In this document: positions 37,301 through 47,832 of the stretch, piece after piece
How positions within the stretch are numbered: position 1 is the stretch's first letter
Layout of the letters: each line of letters opens with the position of its first letter
Assembly (NCBI GenBank): GCA_965649765.1
Contig: OZ287754.1
Span: forward strand, 11,098,001 to 11,162,000
DNA: 64,000 bases
DNA from: Bispira polyomma
Taxonomy: Eukaryota
Direction of reading: 5' to 3'
Position numbers and translations under genes: made by a program
The notes under the pieces: generated by a model
The model's database searches: none
Seen by the model: only the letters and a program-made list of their open reading frames with translations
What the model was told of the DNA's origin: nothing

Positions 37301-40300
37301 CGCCTAATACACACTCACTCGTAGAGATTATCTAACATGTTTGAAAATCTCTGCGACCTCCTCGATCGGAAAAGATAAGTCTTTTCATCAAGAGATAAGT
37401 CGTTAGTAGGGTGAATCGTCCATGATAATGGCCCCATAACTTAAAATTGTTTAGGTCGAGGGGACGGGGGGGGGGGGGGGGGTATGATCGGCATAGTAGA
37501 ACAGGGGTATTATAAATTTCTCCATGTAGAGGAACAAACAGGATTCAAACCCACATTGGTGAGAGACCAGTGATTGTGAAGATAAGGCTTCTAACCACTA
37601 GACCAACGAGGCCTCTTCCAATCCTACAAGATCCTTATAAAGAAATTCACCTGTAGAACCATTGTGCTGGATGTTTGACACTCTTCTCCAGACACTACTT
37701 ACCATGTCACATGTATCATTTCCTAACAACTCTAATAATTCAACCGGCTTTTCTATATTAATGTGAGGATTATAGTAGAATCTAATGTTATAATGTGACT
37801 CTTTGCTGATATCATATAGGAATATTTCTGCTTGAGACAATAAGGCATTAATCATTTTACACTTTATGTTAAGTTTCATTATTTTAAGTTTTAGTAAGTC
37901 CGACAGTTGGAATTTTTTACTTTTAAAAACCGAATTTTACTGTTGAACAAAAACTCATGTTGAATATTTTTAAGACGTTTACTTTAGCTGGTACTTTAGC
38001 TCCATATATCTATAATTTTGACTAAAAAATAAAAAAAAAAAAAAATTGTGTGACATATTGTCAAATAAATTAAATAGCTCAATCGAGAAACTTCTGGGAT
38101 CTAGAAATCTTAGGCCAGATTATCCATGGCCATATTGATGCTCTATTCATATTGACATTCCAACTTCTATTTTTTCTGAACTAAAGCTATTCTGACTGTT
38201 TTCATTTAGGGCAAACGGCATGGTCAACATTTTTATTCAGGACAAACTACAATCTCTAGTTTTAAATCAGGGTAAAACCATTTTTTACACTCTAGCCTTC
38301 AAGCTCTTCGAGACATTCTAACTTTTTAAAATTTTAGACAAAGGCCATTCAAACTTTTTTATTCATGGTAAAGAACAATTTCTGCCATTTATATTCAGAG
38401 CCAAAAAACATATGAGCTCTTTTTCAAGACAAATGGCATTTTATTCTAATTTACGCAGGGAAAAGGAGAGATGAAGACTTATTGGCTGTTGAGTCAAGGA
38501 CAGGAATTAAGTGACACGTCCCCCGTCACTGATCTAGCTCTGGATGCTACTGGACACATACACACAAAAAGGTCAGATCATTGTATTTGTATTGCACATT
38601 TTAATACACTTTATTGATGCGAGACATCTTCTAGAGACAACATCTGAATGAATCAATCAACCACTTGTGTGTCCTACAACATAGCCTGGGTCATCAGCAG
38701 TATGCAATTGTGTTATCACAAAAAACCCAAGGATGTTATCTCACTAATGATCCCAGGGCCGTGGTGGCCTAATAGTTAGCACGCATTGCGATTCGCAATC
38801 ACTGGTCTCTCACCTCTGGGCGGCGTGAGTTCCAATCCCATCGATGCCTATATGGGAAAGGTGGTAGTTCCTTACTATTGGCCGCTAGTTTCAGTGCAGA
38901 AACTTGACCGACTGTATGCAGTGTTTCCTCCAGCGTTTCCAACTACCCGTCCCAATATAACCTTCTAAAAGGTACTAGAGTGGACGTTAAATATCCAAAT
39001 TCAAATTCAACTCACCAATGATCCCGGTGGCATTAATGGAACTTGAAGCAGGGACCTTCCAATGGCCAGAGCAAGTTGCCCCGACCTGGAGTCAAACCAG
39101 GGATTTCTGAATCATCAGACCAAGTCCCGAACCACTACATCGCGGGAGATCACAATGGTGGTTAATGGTGGATTATTAGGTCACATTTCAGAAAATGATA
39201 AAATACTGACCAGTAGTAAATAAGTTTATGATAATTGCGGTCAGCATGAAAATTGCATTGACCTTTGGTTAAGAATCAACATATTCTGTAGGATAGTTCA
39301 ACTGTTATATACACATTAATGTAAGTATGATTTTTAGGAAAATGCTACTTTGCCACATATCAAAATTGTCTTTTTTAATAATAGCCCCCTTTTTAAAAAA
39401 TTGCAAAGGCATACTCATTTATTTACAGAAATTATAGTTTTGATGTGATATATCTTTCTTTAGATGTTTTACCAATGTTTTAAGCCCATTTGTGTAAAAC
39501 TACTGATAGCAACCACATTTTGCTTTTTGGTCAAAATTGTTTAACTCATTAATGAACCATATTTTTTTGGTTGATCATGTTTCAGGCCCATTGAGGACTT
39601 CTGCTTCAGGAAAACAGACACCTGCATCGACATGAACAACATGAAGAAAGCCAAACCCACAAAGACTACTAATGTGTACAGCACGGAAAGGTCATGTGAT
39701 CAATCTGTGAAAGACTGCTTCGCCTCCTGCATCCAGACACAGCCAGAACTCGACAAAAATACACCCGAACAGGAGACAATGGAACAGCTTGAGAATACTC
39801 AATTAGATAACGAAGTGAACTCTGACAATGACTCTGGCTCTGTATCTGGCAGCGGGAGTAATTTTTTAACATTTGCTAAACCTGAGATCACTGTACAAAT
39901 ACCTGAAAAACAAAACAAGCACGTGTTCCCTAATAATATAATCAGTGCAGCATCTGAGAAAAGTGACACTTCTATGAAAATCCCTCTCCAAAAAATGGAG
40001 GAGAAGAAACAGAAAACAATGCGTCATTCTTCTTTTTCAGGAATACTACAGTGTCCATTTTCTAGTCTATTCAGCAGCGACACTTATAACCGGGACAATA
40101 AAGTTTCCAGCAAAAGAGAGGGTAATATTCAGCAGTGTAGAGATAATGAGAACCCTAAGACAGAGGTTATTAGTAGTGAAGACTATCACACTACTAATGG
40201 GCATGTGACAATGTATGATGAAGAGATAGATTATGAAAAACGGGAATATGGACGACGAAAAAGTGAGCAAGGTCAATGGAAAAATACGTGGGCACAGGTG

Positions 40301-40621
40301 GATAGTATTACTATGTCAAGGTCAAACAGTGAACATGGACAAAAAAGGGAGCAAGGTCATTGGAAAAATGCTAGGACACCGGTGGATGGTATTACTATGT
40401 CAAGGTCAAACAGTGAACATGGACAAGAACGTGAGCAAGGTCATCAGATAAATACTGGGACACAGGTGGACGGTATTACAGTGTCAGGGTTTCATACTTC
40501 CTGTCAGGGTACTCAAACCAACCTTTCACTGATTGCTTTACAGGAGAACATTACTTTCTGTCCCGCATGCGGACGTAATGGACTGATCAAGAAAGACAAA
40601 TCTGTGTCCAGTGACAGCTAG
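19193..40621 (+). CDS. Atypical soluble guanylate cyclase subunit (Gyc-88E/Gyc-89D-like, beta-type), 5'-partial; join(19193..19322,19942..20088,27893..28039,35233..35398,35970..36079,36776..36865,38459..38571,39586..40621)
   Basis: Eight GT-AG bounded exons splice in one continuous frame (1939 nt; 645 aa plus stop after 1 leading nt). Motifs: GLYINDL..DSSRE (H-NOBA), LLYSMIP (coiled coil), [59 protein letters not shown] exons were not found in the window. Confidence 0.93.
19942..20088 (+). CDS. sGC exon B: coiled coil ([49 protein letters not shown])
   Basis: cacag| acceptor and GAG|gtatgt donor; LLYSMIP..A.RL..GE.PI.TCE closely resembles atypical sGCs. Confidence 0.93.
20553..21340 (-). repeat. 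3' LTR (788 bp)
   Basis: Starts tgttgtgtaacc and ends atatactaca, like the other copy; contains a ~40-bp internal tandem repeat (21143-21290). Confidence 0.95.
21341..21355 (-). promoter_or_regulatory. Polypurine tract
   Basis: Minus strand AAATGGGAGGATAT immediately precedes the 3' LTR. Confidence 0.7.
21409..25798 (-). pseudogene. Disrupted gag-pol polyprotein of the Gmr1-like element
   Basis: SCAN-like gag (24911-25798); CCHC knuckle [14 protein letters not shown] (~24765-24805); protease L*DTGC (stop at 24503); HHCC plus DDE integrase and GPY motif; RT with YVDD; RNase H TDAS...NVGADFLSR. In-frame stops at 24911, 24503 and 21970; deletion/frameshift near 22225. Confidence 0.93.
26226..26244 (-). 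promoter_or_regulatory. Primer-binding site complementary to the tRNA-Pro 3' end
   Basis: Minus strand reads TGGGGGCTCGGTCCGGGAT versus canonical Pro PBS TGGGGGCTCGTCCGGGAT (one extra G); lies 5 nt from the 5' LTR. Confidence 0.88.
26250..27042 (-). repeat. 5' LTR (793 bp)
   Basis: Direct repeat of 20553-21340; about 8 substitutions and 2 indels counted by eye. Confidence 0.95.
27893..28039 (+). CDS. sGC exon C: start of cyclase domain ([49 protein letters not shown])
   Basis: ttttgcag| acceptor and AAG|gtataa donor; translated by hand (not the frame shown in the ORF track). Confidence 0.92.
28410..28680 (-). mobile_element. CORE-type SINE (paralog at ~32220-32480)
   Basis: Two homologous copies with a cttgggcaagatgtgaacac-like core. 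Confidence 0.6.
31385..31590 (-). mobile_element. Meta/MESC-like SINE (related copies at ~6440-6600, 56230-56410, 57160-57335, 61725-61850)
   Basis: Recurrent core gggaaagtttg.ca.gtacttgc.gtaggtcg.tggttt...ttcctccacc with a gttaaa tail; family assignment is from memory. Confidence 0.6.
32054..32781. mobile_element. MITE with ~25-bp TIR carrying a nested SINE
   Basis: ctgtaatttctgtagtaaacgcccc / ggggcctttattacagaaattacgg. Confidence 0.6.
33037..33355 (+). mobile_element. tRNA-derived CORE-type SINE
   Basis: Decayed A/B boxes; cccaggtgtataaattgggtacc core; atgcttcccgagggag motif. Confidence 0.6.
34125..34570 (+). mobile_element. Helentron-associated (HINE/DINE-like) non-autonomous element with internal tandem units; related copy at 30148-30337
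   Basis: Three ~120-bp units ggatta..caaaaactac...tgtggagggctagggcatgggccaaggaa; family assignment is from memory. Confidence 0.5.
34885..35070 (+). mobile_element. CORE-type SINE with an L2-derived 3' tail (paralog on the minus strand at ~38580-38754)
   Basis: ttcttgggcaagatgtgaacac core followed by ttagaagat...catcaataaagcatgttaaaaat...caatacaa. Confidence 0.65.
35233..35398 (+). CDS. sGC exon D ([23 protein letters not shown]...QLQIRV-G)
   Basis: caacag| acceptor and phase-1 G|gtgagt donor; KVETxGD motif. Confidence 0.94.
35970..36079 (+). CDS. sGC exon E ([37 protein letters not shown])
   Basis: tttcag| acceptor and GAG|gtaggt donor; guanylate cyclase signature. Confidence 0.95.
36776..36865 (+). 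CDS. sGC exon F ([30 protein letters not shown])
   Basis: ttttag| acceptor and AAG|gtaaaa donor; GRIHISE and RG.I.IK motifs. Confidence 0.92.
37102..37512. mobile_element. MITE inserted into a minus-strand SINE (36985-37620)
   Basis: TIR cctgctccactat / atagtagaacagg; the SINE halves on either side join up when compared with 31385-31590. Confidence 0.65.
38459..38571 (+). CDS. sGC exon G ([15 protein letters not shown]...HIHTK)
   Basis: acgcag| acceptor; phase-2 AG|gtcaga donor matches the phase of the last exon. Confidence 0.88.
38755..39010 (+). mobile_element. tRNA-derived SINE with a Meta/MESC-like core and (AAATTC)n tail
   Basis: A box and B box; 15-bp TSD ctcac(t/c)aatgatccc (38740-38754 and 39011-39025); homologous to 58176-58433. 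Confidence 0.85.
39586..40621 (+). CDS. sGC terminal exon H: long hydrophilic C-terminal tail (includes ORF 39632..40621)
   Basis: tttcag|G CCC ATT GAG is in frame with the 329-aa ORF and phase-compatible with exon G; AATAAA follows about 22 nt after the stop. Confidence 0.82.
40265..40488 (+). repeat. Coding tandem repeat, 84 bp (28 aa) x ~2.7
   Basis: Units start at 40265, 40349 and 40433: [28 protein letters not shown]. Confidence 0.9.
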
Positions 40622-40642
40622 TATATACATTCTAACTATTAA

Positions 40643-40648
40643 AATAAA
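40643..40648 (+). promoter_or_regulatory. Candidate polyadenylation signal of the sGC gene
   Basis: AATAAA just after the TAG, followed by T/GT-rich sequence; AT-rich context makes a chance match possible. Confidence 0.45.
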
Positions 40649-41321
40649 ATATTGATATTAAAACACTTAGGTAAATCTTTTGCACTAAAATTGTATATAT
40701 AATTATTATAACTTTGTTTTGTGACCATTTTTTAAGAAAACTAACCCAAGATATAGACAATTTTGTATATTATTTATATAATACTGTGCCTAACCTCGTT
40801 CAATTCTAATAGGACATACCAAAACATTTTAGATTTTTAGCTGAAATATATTTAGAAATTATTAATTTAGGAAGACTTGTATTTTCTACTGTACATTTAG
40901 AACCTCGGTATTATCTAATATCCAAATATTTGATTTTAGGAATACACTTTTATACTGTCTCAAAAAGGCATTTTTTCATTGGTTTTTAGCAAGCACGACC
41001 ATGAAGGGGTCTGCCACTTCAGTTCACCCCACACATAATAAAATTTATAACTACCTTAATACCTGGGGGCGAGTCGACTAACTATTCACTCTGTCTATCC
41101 AGCCATACATACACCCATTCTCTTTGTGTGGGAGAACAATACTTTTTCCCACCTTTTCTAGCCTTCATTTTAAAACGTAGCCCTGAAGAAGCAACATAGG
41201 GGAAAGTTATTAGTGAAAATCCACGTTTTACATGAACTTTATTGTATTGATTTTAAGTTTTTAGTATTTTAGTTTATTTTGTTTGTTTGGTAATTCTGAG
41301 TTTAGCATATACAGTACAAGG

Positions 41322-42534
41322 ATGGGTAGAACGAAAAAGACACCATCGGATAATAAGAAAAAAGAGACTAGTAAAAGCACTAGCAAAGCCAAAACGTCTC
41401 GACGGAAATTGGTGAGCACGGAAGCCAGTGATAACAGCACCACGGAGCAACAGACCCCGTTGAACCAGGTATTTTCTGCTCAATTTGTCCCCGTTACTTC
41501 ACGGAACTCAGATTCACACAGTAGATCCTCGTGTAGAAGGCCTTCAGCAGCAACATAACGTCCCCATAGGGTCAAGTTCGGATGGCCAGATTATGTTGTC
41601 AATGCTGGCAATGCTGGACAAACTTTCGCAATCCCATGAACGGATCACGAATCGACTTGACCAGATGGAAACACGGGTAAGCCAGAATACTACTTTGCCA
41701 GTCCCCAACACACAGACCAACCTGACTGTAGCGCAGCCTTTACCTGTAGTAACTGTACCTTCACAGCCAACGCTCCCTCCTGCTCACATCGACTATACAG
41801 CTGATGCTATAGTGCCTACAGTGGATGTATTGAAATCACTACCCGACGTCCAAGCACTAGTGAACAAACGGCTGGCAGAATACGAGATCCAAGCACAGAG
41901 AACACTCGCCCAAGGTAAGCCGACCCCACGTCAAAAGTCTGGCCGGTTTAATAGCACAGATATACTGACGACAGATCCAAAATTGAGGTGGGCGAATGAA
42001 GGTTGGGTGGGGGGAACATCCAGAAAGCGGCCTACGTTTGATGAACTTTCACTACCCCAGTGGGCGGCGGGGCAACTAGACAATGCCATGCAGGTCACAG
42101 ACCCGGTCATTTCGAAAGCAATGTGTCAGCAAGTAATTTTATCTCTTTGAGACGCTGCCTCACTCCCGTGGGAAGTGGTTCGTACTTCGTGGTTGCATAA
42201 CATGCACGAGATAGAAGAGGGGCGTCTTCAGTGGGGTGACAACACCCAGTGGGCGTTGAATCGCCTCAACGCATCCCAGATGGCCATGGCACATTCGTCT
42301 CACTCTCACGACTTGTACAACTCGCATAGCAATCAGGCCTCTACTTCTTCCAGGACCATCTGTAAGCTTTACAACACAGGCAAATGTAACAACAAGACAG
42401 ATCACGGGCAATACAGGCACATCTGCTGGCACTTTGCCACTGTGCTGCATAAGGATGTGGTGCATCCAGAATTTAAATGTTACCGGTTGAATTCATCCAA
42501 ACAACATGAGGTCAAACCAAGTAACAGCAGTTAG
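41322..42534 (+). pseudogene. gag/ORF1 of YR element 1
   Basis: MGRTKK start, frameshift near 41480, stop at 42150; C-terminal CKLYNTGKC..DH...HIC..H..C finger. Confidence 0.8.
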
Positions 42535-43559
42535 GAGATTAGCCAACCACTAGTAAAACGAACTTTGGGAAAGTATATTGGAGGTAACAATAATAGTGTT
42601 GATTGTACTATAGGATTAGATTCTGATAAAAATAGAGCAGACATGATCAAACTTGAGTCAAATGATAGTTTAAAAAAACCTGATGCTTATATAAAGTTGG
42701 ATAAATTAGATACTGTAAATGTCAGTAAAGCTTTAGGTAATATAGAAGATAACCTAGTAATTGGTAATGAACAGAAGTTAAAATCTAGCTCAAGCTGTAG
42801 TACAACAGCTGAGATTAATCAAAGCTTGTGAGGTAGAAACAAAGGTATTCATGAAGAGCAAGTAAAAATTGACAGCAATAATGTACTATTGTATACAAAT
42901 GCACTGCAAACAGTTGGTAGCAATAATGTACTCACACAGAATAGGGAATGTGGTAACCAGACTAAAAATGAGAACTGTTTAAGCAAGCCTGCAATAGCAG
43001 CTAAGGCCACCATACAAGTGACAAATTGGTCGCATAAGTTCAACCATTGGGACTACCCACTCCCAGTTTTATATATTAAAATTCAAAAACCAAAAATGGC
43101 TGGATTTTTATCCAGCAATATAATGCCAATCGGCAATTATGTAATTACATTGAATGTGAACAGCTACCTACTAGTCCACTGGACATCTTGTATATTATGG
43201 TGACTGAAGTAACATTAACTGAATTTACAGAGAATGTAACTTATAAAGCAAACGAAACTGACTTGGTTATGGGCGATTTAACACCTAAACAGACAAATGA
43301 CAATTACAACAAGGATGTTGAATGTATTAAAACATATGGGTGTGACTAGTCACATCACAAGAATTATAGATGATATATTAGAAATAAACGAAGCTGACTT
43401 ACAGCAGAATAGTATTAATATACCTAGTAATGTATGTAATGTGAATAAAATACATAATGTGAACAAGGATGTGCAGGTCAAGATAATCACTGCGTCGCCC
43501 GACCTCTTCGGAAATATTTCAGAAATTTCTACTGATAACAAACTTACCAACAAAGGAAA

Positions 43560-45314
43560 CTTTGATGACTTTAACTTGCCCAACAAGGATAAGGGTTTCA
43601 TTGCTCTATCAGACACAAGCTTTACATTTCAAGGTCCAGATAGGAAACCCACTCTTATATCAAGTATACCACAACTATTAGATATTGCAAACATTATTCA
43701 CTCTACTGGGGTCCCCAACTACAGAGGGGCTAGAATTCCATTGGTCTCGCGTTTGAACCTAGACAGTTAGGAGGAAATTCTTAAAGATCACCCAGATAAA
43801 TTGTTATTTCAATATTTAAAGTTTGGCTTCCCTCTATCTCTTACTGAACCTGATCAATTGAACATACAAAAAGCAAACAACCACTATTCTGCCCTCCAAT
43901 ATAACACTGCAGTTAGGGAATATCTAGAGAAAGAAAGTGCTCATGGTGCCATGTTGGGCCCAGTAAAGAATATAGAAAGTGACTTATACCACTGCTCTCC
44001 TCTACTCACGCATCCAAAGGACACAAACAAATGCCGCGTTATTCTAAATCTATCATACCCACAAGGGGCCTCGCTTAATGACAATGTAGATAAACAAGAA
44101 TTCGACGGTGTAAAATTTCTCCTATAATTTCCAATGATAGATGACATTGTAGCAGAAATACAAGCTACACCGGAAGCACGAATCATGAAACTGGACTTAG
44201 CCAGAGCTTTCAGGAACTTACGAGTTGACCCAGTTGATGCTATCAAGCTAGGTATTTGTTTTGGAGATGACAAGTACGTGGATCCAGCGGTAGCATTCGG
44301 CTGGATCCACGGCTCGGCCGCATTTTAGTGCTGTTCTGACATGATTGCCTACGTCATGGCTAAGCACATCCATAAAGTCTTCTGCTACATCGATGACTAC
44401 GTCTGCATATCAAATAAAGACACAGCAAGTAGAGCATTTCATGAGTTACAAAATTGGTAGATTCTTTAGGTCTTCCTACCAATCCAGACAAACTGTCACC
44501 CCCTGACACTAAGGTCACTTGTTTAGGGATAGATATAGACATACAGGCAGGAACTATCAGTATTATCCAAGAGAAAATAGAAGAAACATTTCAACTATGT
44601 AAGGAAGTCTATGAAAAGCAGTGGATCTCCGGAGCAAATTTCCAATCCATCTTAGGAAAATAACTCTATGTCCATAAGTGTGTCAAGCCAGCCAGAATCT
44701 TTATCAATAGACTACTCATGGCTTTTCAGGCTAATGCAAAGGCAAAAAGATTTAAAATTACAAATGAAATGAAAGCAGACATAAGCTGGTTCATAAAATT
44801 TTTGAAAAATTATAACGGTATGAACTTTATCTCTCCAATCACTAGTAATAATAACATAGTATATATCGACGCATGCCTAACAGGTCTAGGTGGCTGCTTT
44901 AATAATCAAGTTTATGCAACACCTTTTTACAATGTGTACAATAAGCAAGTGTCTATTGTCCACATTGAAATGCTAAATATTATTTTAGCACTTAAATTAT
45001 GGGGAAAGCAGTGGTCTCACAATGTAGTAAGAGTTATCTGTGACAACATGGCAGTGGTTCTAGTGGTTGGCTCTAATAAAACTAAGGACGATTTCTTGGC
45101 ATTATGCCTTGGAAACATATGGCTGTTATCAGCCACTTATGACATACAACTAGAAATAGAACACATAAAAGGCAAAAAGAACATTATAGCAGATGCACTT
45201 TTAAGAGTTTATTCAGGCCAATTTTCAAATAGGGAACAAATAGTTTTAATGCAAGAGAACTTCGTGTGGCATCAAATCCAACTGAATTTTTTTGAATTTG
45301 ATATTCATTTATAA
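43560..45314 (+). pseudogene. RT-RNase H (pol) of YR element 1
   Basis: PNYRGARIP, YLKFGFPL, FGW.HGSAAF, FCYIDDY (~44380-44400) and RNase H motifs; several stops and a frameshift. Confidence 0.9.
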
Positions 45315-45320
45315 TTTCAG

Positions 45321-46295
45321 GTTCCACTGAAACTACACAAGCCTTACTGGGATCTGCCTGGTCAAGGATCAACACTGCCCTTCGTCCAAAGACATTTTCA
45401 ACTTACAATAGCCAATTTAAGACATTTATGGCATTTACATGCTTTGCTGGTGTAGATATCATAGATACACACATAGTAATTGCTTTCATGGAATACTTGG
45501 TGCAGAATGGTACTGCACCTGCTGCAATCAATAATTACCTCTCAGCCCTGAAATTCATGGCTAAAAGATATTCCTGGGACTTGAGTATTTTTGAAAACAA
45601 TACAGTGGCCATGTTTCTCAGAAGCCTAACACACAATTCTCATTTAGACCACAACCCAGAGGGATACTTGAAATCTGCCACCTCCTTCTTATCTCCAGAT
45701 CATGTGCAATTCTCTCTGATCCAATTCTATATGGAGCTATATTTTATTATCATTCTTCGCTTTTCTTAGAATTTCGAACATTGCACCACACTCAAGGGCT
45801 CAGTTTGATCCTGCTAGGCACCTTCTAAGGAAAGATGTCATTTTTGGCCCACCAGGGGCCCACATAATAATAAAATGAGCAAAAAACTTACAGACAAGAG
45901 GGGAAGTACACATTGTACAGATTCCAAAATTACAGAATAAAGACTTATGCCCAGTTAAGGCATTGCAACAGCTATTGCATTCTAGACCCATACCAGATAC
46001 ATCTCCATTGTTTGCTGCCTGTTCTCCACCTTATGAATCAATCATAGATACACACATATGTTCTGCCCTTTCTTCGGTACTCACACACTCTGGAATTCCA
46101 CAAAAATCTCACAGTTTCCATACATTCAGAAGATCTGGGGCGACTTTTGCATTCAATAATAACGTATCTCTTCAGAATATCATGGCTCATGGGCTCTGGC
46201 GCTCATCAGCAGTTTGGACATACCCACAAAAAACCTCACAGGCAGCTTCAACAGTCCCTCTCAACTTTGCTTCTGCTATCCCTTCCTCTTTTTAG
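45321..46295 (+). pseudogene. Tyrosine recombinase of YR element 1
   Basis: ALRPKT..Y N-domain, FLRISN (R), K.AK.LQT, LCPVKAL, HTFRRSGA (HxxR), HGLW and the Y nucleophile; frameshift and stop present. Confidence 0.9.
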
Positions 46296-46859
46296 TTTGG
46301 CTTGGGTGTTTTAAAATTATCTAAAATTTTAAAAATTTACTATTTTAACCCTTTTTACATGTATACTATGTCCTAATGTGTAAATAATAAAATCTCAAAC
46401 TTGGAGTTTCATTACATCTTTACACCACATGCATATTAAAATACCACTTCTTGCTACCTCCTTAAGCTGGGCACACACTTAGGAATGAAAGGTTGTCATG
46501 TTAATAAAATCCACCAGGGTATGTTGCAGTCTACAACTAAGCTCGAACTCAGTAAGAATGGATGTTAAGTGTTACCATTCATAGAAGTTTCACCAACAAG
46601 CAAAGATCTCAAGCAGAAGTAAAGCTATGGTGAGAAAGTGAGAAGTGAAAATGTAGTAGAGGTAAAGACCAAAGTTACAGTTTGATTCTAGCAAACAACT
46701 AAGTGCTTGAATCGCCCTAGCATGCAACACATGAAACAACGCCATACTAACGACTTTGGGAGTTTTTCTAATGTTTTAAAAATATGATTAAAACTATATA
46801 AGCCACTACTGGATTAATCTAACTCTTGTTAATGTGTCATATTCGTATTTACATTAAAG

Positions 46860-47815
46860 TCCCAAACCCAAAGTAGGGGTATTTAAGTGTTGCTGAAACG
46901 ATTTTGGGACAATGGATGCAGCCAAAGGAGTAGATTGTAAGTATTGCCATACAGCGTCGCTCTTTCATCCCCATGTGTTTTGATATTTCATAAGTGGACA
47001 TTCTGATTAAACATAAAAGAGGCACCAGAGCGCCTACAGGCATGAAAACTATACGATTTATAAGGAAGTTTGATTGCATCCATAATGGTAGACAAAGCTA
47101 TGCACACTTGAACCACTTCAGCATTTTTCAGAATGACAAATATTGGCTGAACTTGAGTTAAATTGTATAATTGTATGACTTTCTTCAACCCCCTCACCGG
47201 GCAAAGATAAGCATTTGCTAAAGCTGGAATCTGTACAATTTGAACCTGAGAAGCAGATTGCATAGCTTTGTGCTATTTCAAAACGAGATGAGCCCCAGGC
47301 TGGGCAAAGATTACATTCCCGAATGTGAAATGCCTTGTGATGTCAAAGCCATAAATTGGATTAGGTACCATGTTAGATAACAGAAGAAATGCATAAAATG
47401 AAACCAGAAAGACAGCTCTGTACGTTTGGCCATGCACATCACAAGCTTTCAAAATGTCAAGCAAATTTTTCATACTGAAAACGCATTTTATCCTCAGGAG
47501 CATTATTTGTGATCGACTTTATGGACAGAGCAATTTTTCTGTGAACCAAATGATTCCATTGCAAGTCATGCAGTTGATCAAAATGTTTTAAGACTGAAAT
47601 ATAATTTTGAATGGAAGCAGCTGCATTACCCTGTGTAACAAGATATTCCAGAAACATTAACACAGAATCCAGCTTGCACAATGAAACGCGAAAATGAACT
47701 CAGAACGCAATATAAAAACAAAGTTTACTATGATACGCCAAAGCAGTATTTGGTCTGAGTGCAGTAAAAATTCTATTACCTGCATTATTCAGGAGTTTAT
47801 TTCCCAACATAGTGC
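46860..47815 (-). pseudogene. Tyrosine recombinase of YR element 2
   Basis: ALRPNT..Y, FYAFL.LSN, LCPVRGL, FHACRRSGA, KSDAVWQY. Confidence 0.88.
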
Positions 47816-47832
47816 CAACAACAGACAAATAA

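Larger units (their letters stand above)
40990..46330 (+). mobile_element. Tyrosine-recombinase (DIRS order, Ngaro/PAT-like) retrotransposon 1, decayed
   Basis: gag with a Cys/His finger, RT (SPLL..PK, KLDLARAFRNL, YIDD), RNase H (DACLTGLGG, CDNMAVV, NIIADAL) and YR (HTFRRSGAT, HGLWRSSAVWTY); no methyltransferase ORF. Outer boundaries are approximate. Confidence 0.9.

Noticed and set aside
38755-38850. tRNA gene (also 58340-58433)
   Set aside because: A/B boxes are followed by a SINE body, tail and TSD; no proper cloverleaf.
41171-41230. Hammerhead-like CTGAAGA...GAAA inside an aaaacgt/acgtttt stem upstream of YR element 1
   Set aside because: Stem II and stem III do not pair, and the outer stem is not adjacent to the core.
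41015-46520. Possible split direct repeats of YR element 1 (41015-41070 vs ~46425-46475)
   Set aside because: Only patchy AT-rich similarity; cannot be supported by eye.
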